Assembly (NCBI GenBank): GCA_013115125.1
Contig: JABANN010000075.1
Span: 1 to 64,000, forward strand
Length of the DNA stretch: 64,000 nucleotides
From: Perkinsus olseni
Taxonomy: Eukaryota
Direction of reading: 5' to 3'
The notes beneath the pieces were generated by a model. The model saw only the letters and a list, made by a program, of their open reading frames with translations. It searched no databases and was not told the DNA's origin. The number at the start of each line of letters is the position of its first letter. Position 1 is the first letter of the stretch. Of the stretch, positions 12,380-28,348 are shown piece by piece. Both the position numbers and the translations under genes were made by a program.

Positions 12380-13418
12380 TTCCAACGGAACCGGTCTGTT
12401 TGGAACTGGCCATGCAAAACATCTAAGCCTGTTATCTTACCATTCATGATCATATTCGTGTATCCAGGGTTTTTTGTTTATTCGTCTATCTAAATTCGTG
12501 TGTAAGAATTTCGTTGTCAAGTACACGGGAAGGGAGAAGGTGGGATATTCACAAACGGCACATAGTAACGGTTAATGTGTGTTAACAGTAGTGAATCGTG
12601 TTCACGTGCGTACTCGGATTACCATATCCAGTGGTTCGTCTCAACCTTGCGCTCCTCAATACTACAAGAGCGGTGCCGAGCGTTTATCATGATGCGCATG
12701 GTTTAACCTGCGTCTTCCCTCAATTAATGAATATTCAAGTGAGCATTTGGGCCGACGTCATGCGGGCTACATACCTAGTTACACGCTTGTTCCTCTATTT
12801 GTGTCTATTATTTTCCAAACGGTGTTGGATATACTGGGTCTCGCAGTATGCGACGGTTCATCGTTTGTGTGACTTTGTGGGAGGTGTATCGTATTACTGC
12901 TGGAGCAAGATCGGAATCGGAGATTCTTTTCATGCATATGATACACGCCTGTGATTGATAGTTCAGTAGGACCACGGAGCGAGACTAAACTTTGCCATTG
13001 ACTATTTCTCGTTCGCGTATTAACGCCCCGTGAGTTCCATCCATTGTACCCCTTACGCGACAAACCCGCGCTGAGCCGCGCTGAGTGACTTGGTAGTTGA
13101 ATGCCGGTTTACCTAGACTCAACCAGACCGATGAGCCCGACTTGGGAGACGATGACGAGATTCAAATGCCAGGATGTTACGGCTTGCCAGGAGCCTAACT
13201 CAGGAGTACTCCAACTGAGAAGTTACTTGTGGCGTGGCGCATTCGACATCAGTGTAGCTGGATAGCCATCAATACTCTCGTGGTTTCCATTTGTCAGCAG
13301 TGTACCGAACACGTTATCATCACCGCAATATCCATAATACAACGCCATTTTTCGAGAGGAAGAAAACTTCGTAGACTCTATTGCGAGGAACAGTAATCAC
13401 GTAGAACGCACAACGCGG

Positions 13419-13991
<573 letters not shown>

Positions 13992-14185
13992 GACGGTCGA
14001 TCCTATCAATATCGTTCTCTGCTGCACAACACAATACCACGCCAACTCTCTCCAACGCAACTCGACGATGGTAGGCATCACACTGTTTAGAGTCACGAGA
14101 AACACGTAATAGTGGCAGTATACGAATGTAAGTGTACGGAAATGACAGCCAGGAATGATGATAATAGCAATGATAGGTCGAATTA

Positions 14186-17100
14186 TCACGTGAGGGACGC
14201 ATCTCGTTCCCAACATGGATGCTGTTGCTGCTGTTCCCACTGTAACCTATCAACATTGTCCGCCACATTGCAGCAATCGCTGGACCTGTACCATTCAGTG
14301 TCCACGGAGTTGAAGTGCAGAGTCGGAGTGGAAACACCTCTCTGCGATACCCGGGTAGTCGTAGCAACACTAATATCGCTCGAGTGCCGTTGAAGCCCAT
14401 TCTCTGCCTCTCGCGAATCTTCCGACGATCGGCGCTTGGTGAGCTTAGTACGCTTAGCCGGGGGCGCGCTGTCTTCATCATGAGCACCATTCCCGTGGGG
14501 CGACAACAGAGTACGGACCCGTGGCAGCAATGTAATGCACGCAGTCTGTGTATCCCTCACGTCCGTCCCACTGACTGGGGAGGGCAGAGAGTCGTCCAAC
14601 ACCTCACGCAACTTGGAAAGTCCAGGTTCTGGCACCTCAACTTGCAGTACCACAAGGCTTTGGAACTTGTTTCTCATCCCTTTAAACGCATCGAGATTGC
14701 ACAGCTCACTGCCACGGTCACAATTGATGAGCCTGGATACTACCGGATACTTCAACTTCAGCGCTTCCAAGGAGCCATTCCACCAAGGAGGGTCCTGAAT
14801 TGATGTATGGAATGCTCGTTGCAGCATAGCAGTATTTTCCTTTCCAGATCCGAGTCTCAACAGTGACACTGCCATCTGGTTTATAGAAGTTCGCAGAAGC
14901 CCCACGAGAGCTCTCTCAGGAAGTTCCTCCAAACGAGTCACATAGGTTCGATCAAGACGGCCATACGTCAAACTCATCAACAATCGATGTACTGCAGTCT
15001 TTAGGCGCTGACTCGAAGCCTCCCCAACTGGGCGTTTACGGGCCTCAAGCTCGGCCTTAGCCGTCGAGACCATAGCCACCCCTACTCGTATCAATGGTAG
15101 ATTATCCTGAACCTGAGAGGGGAGTGCTACTAGGTTGGCATAGATGTCCGACTACTTCTATAGGGAAGGTAGGTAGTGGCCCCCGTGTGGAGCGGTCCAG
15201 AGCGTTGGCTTCAGCTATTGCGGTTTGGAGTACATGATAACCAGGTTGCTTCAATTCTATCGTATCATACTGTATATGCATCGATATGCACATCTCCATT
15301 AACTCACAAAACTGCGAGACCAGGCCAACGTCCGCCGAAGGCTGGCAGGAACACCTAACAGCTCTCGATACAGGAGAAGCAGTTATCGTTAGCACGGGTG
15401 AGCTTTGGTACCCAGTATTCGGTGGTGATGATGATGATGATGCAGTCAATCTATCTACGAGTAAAGGAGCCATGAGATGAATGGGAAGATTCTCAAATAG
15501 CTTGGGCAAGTAACTACAATAAGAGCCACAGTAACAACGGTGTATGGACGTCTGCTTCTATGGTAGTATTATTATTACTACCTAGCACCCTCCCTCAATG
15601 GGAGTATGGCAATGCCTCCGCCGATGACACCAGCAGGTGTTAGAGCATTGCGTAGACATCCCGCTATGATGTCGACTTCTCGATCCTCTGGTGGGCGACA
15701 TCGGGCACCCCAACGATCTGAGACCCAAGTACGGAAACGACTGCCAAGGCTCTCACTCACCGGTCTGAGGCACACGTGCGAGGCGCCTGCGAAGTAATGC
15801 GGCAAGCTCCTCATTGACCAACTTCCGCGAGGAAAGATAGTCTTGAAGCTCTCGTGGGGATTGCTTGTATCTGTCCACGGACTCCCTTCCAGCAGAGAGA
15901 GCATAGTATTGCTGCCCTCACCCACCTAAGCAGTGTCTTACGATGAGTCATGATCTTGGCTGAATATGCCCCTTCCCTGGTGTAGGCACCAGTCGACTGT
16001 ATCAGTAGACCTTTCCACAACATCTGTTGTTGTTGCCTTTCGGGTAATTGGGACATAACAGTAACCTGCGAGGTGCAGTCTGGAGCGGTGCCAGGATGTC
16101 CATCACAGCAGGGCATCCATACTACTTGAGCCGTCCGCATTGAGATGAATTTATTCATCATGCTCTGGTATGCCTTCCCATACTCATAGACAGCTCTATG
16201 TCGAGCATCCGATAACGACGGATGCCCCCGTTCTGGCGACTCTAGAGGGCAGCATTCTCTGCATGTATCAGGAGAGATGAAACACTCCTCACCTCGGTTA
16301 TGGCAAGCGGCCTCTTCTCTGTTGAGCTCAGCAGCTCCCAAGTGTCCTTCCTCCACAACCGTCATCTCCTGTGCGTCCAACCCCATTGATCGAGCGTCCC
16401 CGGCTAAGATGCGGAAGGCCGTCCTCACTGGAGCAGACATAAGCACTGCCATAGTCTCTTTGTAACAAGGGTCCCACTCAGTAGAACCTATGGTACCAGA
16501 CAGACCATGGCTCGGCAGACGGGCGAAGGAGCAGGAGATCTACCAACAGGGGCATCAAGCTCCAATCCAGACATGGGCATCCGATGCATGAGTAGTAGCT
16601 GTTGTATGGTATGAAGGGCAGGTGGATGTGGTGCTACTGATATGGACGGTGGTGGTGGAGTGGGGAGTGCTCCCTCTCCTTGGTCTGCCACGTCAGGGGA
16701 TGGAGGGGTCATCGCTGTGGGGGACTGAGATAATCATCACTATCACTTCCCGACCACGGTGGTCGGACCACCACGGGCTTGCCAGTGACAAATAACTCAC
16801 CGTCATCTCAATCACTTGCGGCAAGGCCTCGTCCTCATCATCACCATAGTCTTCGTCATCATTTTCCACTCGTCCATCCGAGCGGCGTTGAACGGCGTGA
16901 GCAGGCGAGGTAGGTGTCGGGGATGTCTCCAGAGTAGAGTATGGTGTGGTAGCAGTTGGAGCTCGCGCTTGCCCTTGCTGCTGATTGGTTGAATACATTA
17001 TCTCATTCACCGCTACTAGCCTTGCTAGTAAGCCAAGGGCCACTGCAGTAGTCTGCTGTATGATAACCTCCAACATGAGATTATCTTCATCGCTCAATCG

Positions 17101-20018
17101 ATGACCAGGGGTATGGTTATCATCACTAGTACTGTTGCCTAGTACAGTACCCTCCCCATCTCCCTCAGCTATGGCTGTATCATACGCATCACTAGATCTC
17201 TTACTTGAGGGGCGGTTTCTGGTGTCGCAAGCAGTCTGGGAGGAGGCCAGTGATTGGCAGTCGTCCTGATTGAGGGCTGCCTGGATATGGTCCCTGACGA
17301 TCATCAGCCGAGTGTCCCTTCCTGATGGTATGAGCATGGATTCATCTCCCATCATAGCCTCATACTCTCGTACCATCCTCATGAGCGTAGATGCATGTGA
17401 GGATGCATTGTGTATGAGGGGCGGAAGCGGCTGCTGGAGGCAGCACCCCGAGAGGACGAGGGACTTCATACTCCAACACTGCCTTGTGAGGGCCGCTACG
17501 AACAGGTCCACCTCAGACTTCTCATAATGTTGCAATAATAGCTTCTGCCCTCCATCAGCAGTCGAATCGTTGAGTATATCTCTAACGAGCCTCACCCGAG
17601 TTGATGGGGTAGGGGGTACCAATGATACCGTAATAGAAGCAAGTCGTGGGCTTGGCGAGCTTATACTGTACACTGGTGGTATCTTGAGTAGCTCCAGCTG
17701 CTCCAATACACTGGCATTAGATATAATACTAGGTACTATTGCGCTGTAGTGAACCCTTTTACTGCCAGATATACGCAGATACCTCAATCGAGGGAACTTG
17801 AGTGGTATTGGAGGGTTGGAACCAGGGACCCGTAGTGGCTCCAGTTCGTCCCTAGGGGCATTGGCATCTCTCTGTCTCGTCGTTGCCTGGTCACACAAGG
17901 CGATGTCCAGGGCTGTCAGAGAAGGAGTTGATGCCAATAATAAGGATAGTTGATTTCGTGAGTAGACCACGTTGTGTAGAGACAGTATCTCGAGGTTGGA
18001 GAAGGTACCAGATACTCTGAACCTGGCTGGATCTAGTCGACAAAAACTTATAGACAGATAACGGAGATGCTGACCAGCAGTGAAGGATGATATGCTTGGC
18101 AGCGGCATCCTCTCAGATCTTGACAGGAATAGCGTTTGCAACGAGACATCAGCAACACTGAGGTCGATATCGTCAATCTCAGAGAGGGTCAGGGACTGGA
18201 GGCAGCGTGAATAGTGGCAAGACCGGTGATCATCATCACGGTCACGAGAGAGGATGGGCTTAAGATACTCTTCTTTCACGCCTGGCGGAAGGCGTAAGCA
18301 CTCTATACCTACTAGCGCGTGAGAATGGACCTCGTTGGCCAGATGAGACAGCGTTCTTATATCAAGCAACTTGAGGCCCTTGCACTCTCTAGCCGCTTTC
18401 TCAACGGAGATAGGTCTCAAGCGGGGACAGTGTGACAGCGTGAGATGCTCTAGCCTAGGTGCATTAGCGGCTATATCAGGGCTGACGATAGACGCCGAAG
18501 AGTCTATGAAGAGATCCTTGAGACTCGGTAGCCGATGCAGGATGCCCTCCAATAATGCATCAGCCAACTCCGTACTGCCAATAGGCAACCCCCCTTGATC
18601 AGCAGCCATGGTGCCACAAGGACCACCAGAGGCGTCTACAGCTATTATGTGGCGTAGTTCAAGGCTTTCTAATACAGGCATAGATGGCAACCAAGGCACC
18701 TATAATGGCAAACTGTACATATCATAACCACCAGGACTATCACTACCTGTCGTACTGCCACCGGTGATGCATGACCACTGAGAGGGATGGTGCAGTACGT
18801 TAGAGAGAGAAAGCGTAGATTGTTGAGTGTTATCTGCCGGTACCATTAGATGATCATAGTGTTGTTGGTGATGGAGTGGTACTACCTTCAATGGAGGCAG
18901 TTCCTGCTGATGTATTATAAAACCAGATAACGTCATCCGTACGATCTCTCTGAGGGGTGGGCAGTCTTCATAATTTCGCGGCAGAATGCGGTCCTACATC
19001 CTCCTCGATGCGTATAAGAGGCCGCCGCGCGTCTTCTTCCTGTCGTTGAAGGCATCACCCTCATGCTGAGCAAAACAGCTCTTGTTGTTCTCCTCAACGT
19101 CACGTACAACGCCCAACACGTCCCGGATACAGCGACCACTCTGAACGTAAACAAGGCAGGCAATAGCTTGGTTGCTCGATGAGATTCATGCCATTACCGG
19201 CTCGAGCATCCAAGGATTGATATTCAGTAGATGAACTCTTGCTGGTGGTGTGAGTAATGCTGTCGTACGGGAGGGAACCTCTCCTGGTGTGTAAGTTGTG
19301 GTATTAATAAAATTAACAATAGTGTTTAGAGGACCGCGTAACGATGTGGAGTGTACACCAGTGAGATCGAAGATGTAGTTCCTGAGAGGGGCAGCATGAT
19401 GGAAACGAGGGAGCAGCACGTGTGAGGCTCACAAGCATGTAATCCGACTCGGGAGAGTAGCAGATGTCGCAACATAGTCATTTACGACACCACCATCTAC
19501 TAGATCCTTCAATCGTATACTCAGCACTCCACACAAGGAGTCTATGATCTGACAACGGTATTAATAACGAAGTTGCAGGGAGAGGCTAACCTACCCTTCT
19601 CGTCCTGCTGCATAGGGATCTCAGTACCTCTCTTCCGGTCAACACTGCAGCTTTCAAAGGCTGTGCACCATTGGGGGCACTAGCCCTAATACCATCTAAG
19701 GTAGTGGCTCCACGACCTACACCGTTAAAGCGAGGATGATGACCATATTGCATAATGGAGCAGCCTACCCCCAAGGGTATCAGCCAGGTGTTCTCGATCT
19801 GGCCCCGACTCCTCCTTACTCGTCATCACCACCTCGCCTTCATCACCGTTAGTATCCACTACGGAGGAGATATTGGTGATAGGCTTGGTGATAGGGAGAA
19901 TATGACGATGAGTGACGTCCTCTGGCTCCAACAGCCACAGGAATACAGACACCAAGAGCTCATCATTGAAGTTCAGGAGACTTCCTCGTTCATTCAATAG
20001 CACCTCTTCGGAGGACAT
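14186..20018 (-). CDS. Very large F-box/leucine-rich-repeat protein (may be more than one gene)
   Basis: N-terminal [17 protein letters not shown] is F-box-like. LRRs lie in the 668-aa ORF ([48 protein letters not shown]). Contiguous minus-strand ORFs linked by short introns run down to 14186. Confidence 0.55.
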
Positions 20019-20353
20019 ACCGATAAGAGGAGAATGAGGAAGAATGGAAACCCGAATTGAACCGCAACCGACGCCCTGCTTCTTGATGTATATCGACGTT
20101 AGAGTGCTGAAGAGGGGCAGTAGGGCATAATATCGGCCCCCACTGAAAGGAGTGGTTATATCGCTATTGGTGTTAACTATCAACACTGAACGGTACTTGA
20201 GTAAGGGGAAACTTCGTCATCTAGAGGTCGGTGCGCGCGGTGATGGTGTATGGGGGCAGTGGGAGCGCATCAGACATACAACACACAAGCGACGATGGTA
20301 ATACCACCACCAGCAGCATCATCATCACAATGTATTGATGGTAGTAGTTGTGT

Positions 20354-22349
<1,996 letters not shown>

Positions 22350-22484
22350 TATGATAAATAAACAAAGTAGACCGAAAGTGATGCCTACTGTACTAGGTAT
22401 GGATGTTGGTGGGATAACATCGAACCGAGGGGTTGTGAAAAGAGTGATAATCATACAGATAACGTTTAATAGGGGAGAGGGGGT

Positions 22485-25417
22485 TTAGTCAATAATCTCG
22501 AGGTCTTCAGCAGCCAGGGCTGGTGATGGTTGTTTGGACTTCTTGCGTGCCTAATGCGGTAAAGTTGCTATACACAATGATTATAACGATAGCCTTTGTT
22601 GCAGATGCTTGAGCACCATGCGAAGCCTACCTTAGTATCTTCCTTATCAAGTATGTTCATGTCCTGGTCATCATCAGCATCACCGTCAGCAACTTCCATC
22701 ATATCCTCGTCATCCGATGCCTCCATACCATCGTCCAACAGCGGTGCATTCTCACCAATGTCCTTCAGCCCGAGTTCTGAATAATAAGAAGCACTCTCTG
22801 ACATCGCTACTACTATGATGCAAGTAAGAGCCGTGGTGACGCAATAACGACAAAATTCGGGCGAAAGAGATGATAGAGGGTTACCCGGCTCATCGGTGTT
22901 CGGCATCGGATTGGCAAAGTCGCCTCTCTGGAAACGCGTCTCCGAAAAATAAGTAACAAATACCTCATGACCGCCAAAGAAACCTGCAGTCATCAATCAT
23001 CCACTCACACCAGCAAGTAGTAGTAGTAGCGGAAGGTGTGGTATTACGTCCATCTAATATACGTTTAACCTGGCCTGCCTCCTCAACATTGCGGAACTCT
23101 ATAAAGCAGCATCCAAGTCCGGGTACTTGCATATCCACCGCTGGTACCGCTGTATCCTTCTGAGATACACAACTCCCCTGCTTGTCCTGTCCATCCGCAT
23201 CCCCACCTGTGCTGCTGCTGTATTGTCACCATCATCCATAGTAGCCGAGTCGTGGTGCTGCCCATTAGCTTGGGCATCAGGGGTATTCACTTCATCATCA
23301 CCATCGGCACCTCCTCCTCCCGTGGCACTATGGGACTCAGGACGAGGTATGATGATACTGCGGACATCAACACCACCGGTGATGGATTTGCACTCAACCT
23401 TGATGTCCTAAGCAGCAGCACGGCTCTATAGTACTACTGGAACCCTTATCCCTTACTATTACATCTAAGAGATCGCTATAATTTATGTCGTCCAGTAATT
23501 CCTCTACACTACCAGCGAAATTAGTCATAACAAGTATCCTAGACGGTACTATCTCCAAGCCCATGGCCTTCTTCATAACATCACCATCGAGGTTCATGTA
23601 CCTGTCCCCATCACACAAATCATCATGGGCCAGGATTTGGGTGTATTGCCCTTTGACGATAGCATCCTTCGGATTGATAATCTTAGCCTTCATGCCCTGT
23701 ATCTCCACCTCACCCTTCTTCTTCAACCTATGCTCGCTCTCTATGTCACCACATTCGAAGACAGCGAGGACCTGCATGATCATCGGGTCGGTGGAGTGAT
23801 TGCGGCTATGAGCGCTTCTACTACAATTTGCTCATCGTTCCAAGTATGCTTGAGTAGCTCTAGATGCCTTATCTCTCCCTTAGATGCACTGCGTAGAGCA
23901 CGCTTGATGGAGTGCTCACTTGCCTTCACAGGGAACCCAGTAAGGCAAAGCCTGCTCGTATCGGACGACACTGAGATGGCGAACGTATCAGTCGACTTTG
24001 GTGGAACCCTGTAAATCATCATCATCGAGAACAGCCCTTGCGTACCCTCTGCTGCCGACACACCACCTGGAATGGTGGCAGCTGCAGCTGCTGCAGTGCC
24101 CGCGGTAAAGGCATTAACAGAGTCTTCAGGGGCAGGGCCCATGTACCCCTTCGGACGGCCTACTTTGATGGTTACTCCTAATACAGAATATGGAATACCC
24201 GTTTGTACAGAATGTAAGGGGAGTACCATAGGACTTGAGCTGATGTCCATTGAGCCTCTCAAGGGCTATACTGGCTTCCTCTGCTGTACGGAACTCGACG
24301 AATGCGAATAGACCATCCCCACCTAGGGTAGATGATAAAAGACCCCCAATAGAGCACACTACTACTACCTAACCATCCATGCACGATAGGCCTGCCCGGC
24401 ATGGCATTGGCTCCCATATTCATTAGCCCATCATTCAATACATCTATTAATTGAGCTGCAGATATCTGATAGTATTCATGAAGGGGTTGATAGAGGGCGT
24501 TGATAGAGTATTACCCCAGGCGGGATTTGCCCGACATAGAGCTCCCTCGCTATCTTCTGCCTTTCGGCTGCTAGGGTGGCGTTGAAAGCTTCTTTGATAG
24601 TGGAAGATGATGATACCACCGTTTGGGGTAACTACCATTAATAGCATCGTAACACACCATCGTAGTAGTAGCCTGCTTACCAATGATGCCCCTACAGCGG
24701 CTTGGGCGGCGAGTTCTTTGGGTGGGGAGTCGAACCTGAGAAGTGAGCCATTACCATGACTGGAGATATACCAGGACGAGGTGGGATTGGTAGTACTTGA
24801 AGGGCTTCCGCCGCACAGAAGGAGATCGACTCCAACGTTTTCTTCTATCAGGCCGACGCTCTCGTGACCTGCGTTCCCGTCTGCTGGGGCTGGGTCTACG
24901 TCTGGACCGCTCTCGGCTATCATAGCGATGATGGTGGCGACGATGGCCACCTCTACGTTCTGATCATAATACCCTTCCTGCTATCAACTCGGCTATTATT
25001 AATGCTACCTCTACTACGACTCCTCCTAGAAGAGCGATCATCCCTACTGCTGCGTCGGGCCGTCCGATCGTCCCTCCTACTCCCCCTTCTATGCCCATCA
25101 TCGTCATCTCTATCACCTTCACCCTCACGTTTACTATGATGACGCCGACGTCGATCATCGTCCAAGTCATCATCACGGCTCTGTTGCTGCTCATCCCGTT
25201 TCCGGTCATTGGCCTGGTCATCCCGGCTACTGCGCTTCCTTCCAACACTCTCATCCTTCCTCTTAGAACTGTCGTCTTTGTCCTCCTCATCCAACCGACG
25301 CTTGGACCTTTCCCGAGATCTATCCTCCCCACGCCTACCATCACTACGTGATCGGGAATCACGTGGGCTGTCACCTTCAGGTGACCCATCACGACTTCTC
25401 TCCCGCGAGGCACCCAT
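22485..25417 (-). CDS. U2AF2: U2AF65-like splicing factor (RS domain, two RRMs, UHM) with acidic C-terminal tail
   Basis: RS/RD-rich N-terminus; RFDSPP; RRM1 with ELYVGQIPPG and FAFVEFRTAEEASIALERLNG; UHM with VPGLGCCFIEFRNVEEA...FGGHEVFVTYFSETRF. Confidence 0.85.
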
Positions 25418-25549
25418 GGCCAACAGCAGAGGTACTGCGGAACAAACCAAAGCAACTGCATCAACCATTCGATGAGATGGACTCAACTCAACAGCCATAC
25501 ACGGTTCACTAGCCCTTCCCAAAAGGGATAAGTCACCAAAAGGAGAGCA

Positions 25550-27536
25550 TCATGGAACATGATGAGGTTCCCGTGCAGCAGTATACAATGCCTCAACTAG
25601 GGCTAATACGGACGTAGGGATTACGTCGTTGATAACATGCTTTACTGTACCTTAGACACATTGCAACCTGTACTACACTGAATAATGATAAGTATGGTAC
25701 CAGATGGCAGAAGGCCTTCGGTATCACCCTCTACCAGAAACTCTACTCTCGAGCCTATGATATCCTCTGAGATGAGGACCAATAACAGACCAAGGCTACT
25801 ACTACTGGTGGGTACTACTACCAGCATTGCCATGATGCAACGGATGAGCTATGTAATATGATATTCTAATGTCACCACGGACCTGAGCACCTCAATCGAT
25901 GAGGCGGAGGTGTGCCGTCATATCACCATCTCTTCCCTGGGGTTCATGACGTAGTGTGAGTGGTCTATACTACAGGCAGCGGTGATGTATGCACCACTGT
26001 CAGCAGGACCAGGACGCATTACACGCAGTACTACAGCATTCCTGGATGGAATCTAAGGGGAGCTATAGAAGCAGTCACTAGGCCTGTCGATAGTACATCA
26101 TCAGAAAGTTGCTTGAACTCTAGATACGCTATATCGACACCCTCATCGACTTCCTCTATGACACGTGCCGTAGTCAAGGACCCATCCCATTCGGGACGAC
26201 ACGAGAGGTTACTAGAGCCTAGAGGAGCTCCGTAAGATTGTACTACTTCACTTCTGACCTACTGAACTCACAGAAGGCTCTAGGGGTAGCCTCAACATAG
26301 AACTCTCCTCGAATAAGGCATGTCTGTGGACTGTCCCTCCGCCATATCTGGATCACAATGCATCCGTTACGCCCAGCCCCTGTTGCCTCCCATTACCCGC
26401 AAGCATAGTGGTCTAGTACCTCCCATCAAGATGACGGGCTGTGTCATACTCTCAGAATAGGCCAAAAGGCAGTTGCTGATAGAGAAGAATGTACATCCAT
26501 CGCTGGACCTATGACCCACTCGTAGGGGTTCTCGCTGCAATTAGCGAATGCTGCCTCGTATAATTCGTCGGCAAGGCTCCTAAGGTCCTCCTTGCAAACC
26601 GAATCAGGATGGGTATCTACTGAGGAGCTTTCCTCCTACGCCCCCGGAGGGACCAACTATTACCATCTGCAGCTGTCATCTTGGGAGGGCCGGCAACCAT
26701 ATTACGGGTGAGCAGGGCGGTACTACTCTCTGCTGCTGACGAGCCATCCCTCAAAGCATATCCAAGCCGCATCGCTAAGGTGAGGTTGTAGGCTAGCCTG
26801 GCCTCCTGCAGCCGGAACATCCTTGAGCTCACTGACTCCTCTATTGGCGTTAAGAACCTATGGCGAGGGGTGCGGGATGAAGGCATCTGACGGATAATAC
26901 CCCTCTGAACCGCTGTTGCTCATGTATGCAGACAGCACAGGGGATAGCTGAGCATCATTCTCGTGTACTGGCAAGGAGGAGGAGGATACATCGCCATCGT
27001 CGCTTTGTCGCTGCACATTGAGCTCTCGAACATGAGGCGAGTCTGAACACTGTAGGATTGAACGTGCTTATAGACACGGAAAAACCCCGACCTAAGCTGT
27101 AGTAGGGCTTCGATGGAGGTAGCACTAGGATGGTCGAGGATCCAAAAGGAGCTGACGAAGATGTATCCTAGAGAAGACGGAGCTAGTCGTCCCGCATGCA
27201 GTAGAAGAGCCCTCTCACCTTCTGTGCATATCCTACGGGGAATACTGACTCTCCAGAACGGGCCGCCGCCCTCTCGCCTTGAACGAGGCCAACCCCCTCC
27301 TCAGCATCATAATACTCTTTATCATCCCTTCTATAGCATAACCAAGATAATCCGTCGTTCGTCCGTGCAGCAGAGGTCAACCATCGAAAGCATGGAAGCA
27401 TCAATGACGATGATGAGCCACTCCGCTGTTCTGAGACCGCGCATCGTCTAATACGCGGCATCGGGAACGGCCAGCATATCCCTACCTCCCAATGCTCCGA
27501 TCTGTCGTCCGTCCATCCGAGTTGAACCATAATCAT
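25550..27536 (-). CDS. Putative START/SRPBCC lipid-binding domain protein, multi-exon (start approximate)
   Basis: Exons read CRPEWDGSLTTARVIEEVDEGVDIAYLEF (START 'R..WD...VIEE.D' motif). A C-terminal helix reads GTVKHVINDVIPTSVLALVEALY. Confidence 0.5.
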
Positions 27537-27736
27537 CCATCATTCAACGACCAATCAACACGAAGACCGTCCACTACCACTTTGGACTACTGCGCAACAT
27601 CTTGCGCGCACGCCCTTAATTCATCTACCCCCGACTTTTCTTTCTTTGGGTAACTTGCCCATCAACTTTTCGCTGCCACTAATTCGCTCGCCCCGGCCAC
27701 TTTTTCGCTACGCCACTAATCCACTCTCTCTGGCCA

Positions 27737-28285
27737 CTAAGGTCGCGCGGGCGACTTCGTCGGCGTAACTTGCCAAAATGTTGATGATGCGGCATCATCA
27801 ACATTTGGGGTATTACCGATGCCCGAGAAGTTGATGAGTTCCGTTGCGTATCGAGGTAAACGCCATTCGTGAACCACCCCATCTACGGTCGGAGTCCCCG
27901 CCGCGTAGGTGCATTTCAGTTCTCCATTCCGTACACTCATCTCGTTCACACTTGTGAGGATGAGGAAGGTTCCCCTGCAACTCGTCCTTACTTGAGAGTC
28001 TCGCTGGAAATATCGACCATGACTGTGAGGAGGTATCAGCAGACTCCTATGATTGCACATCATTCTTTCTGTAATTATTCCCCTGACTTGTCGACAAGGC
28101 TTTGTTGCAAGTGTGTCAATCAAATTGGTGTAGGTGGGACGTCCGTTCGATAAGTGGTGGCTTTTGGTGCCTAGCGCCTCTCTCTCGTAACCGTTGGTCT
28201 TTCTGGAAGTGCCCCAGTCAACGCCGAAAACATTGATTTTCCGCTTGTCGTATAGGAACACATTACTGCGACAATAAGCCGTCAC
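27737..28285 (-). CDS. Possible small hypothetical gene or gene fragment
   Basis: 182-aa ORF with a GTG start and intron-like GT...AG segments. No recognisable domain. Confidence 0.2.
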   Translation of the reverse strand: MTAYCRSNVFLYDKRKINVFGVDWGTSRKTNGYEREALGTKSHHLSNGRPTYTNLIDTLATKPCRQVRGIITERMMCNHRSLLIPPHSHGRYFQRDSQVRTSCRGTFLILTSVNEMSVRNGELKCTYAAGTPTVDGVVHEWRLPRYATELINFSGIGNTPNVDDAASSTFWQVTPTKSPARP

Positions 28286-28348
28286 ACTGCTTCATCGTTC
28301 TCCGCCATCATGTCAGTATACTGCAGGATTGCCCATAACTTATCACTA

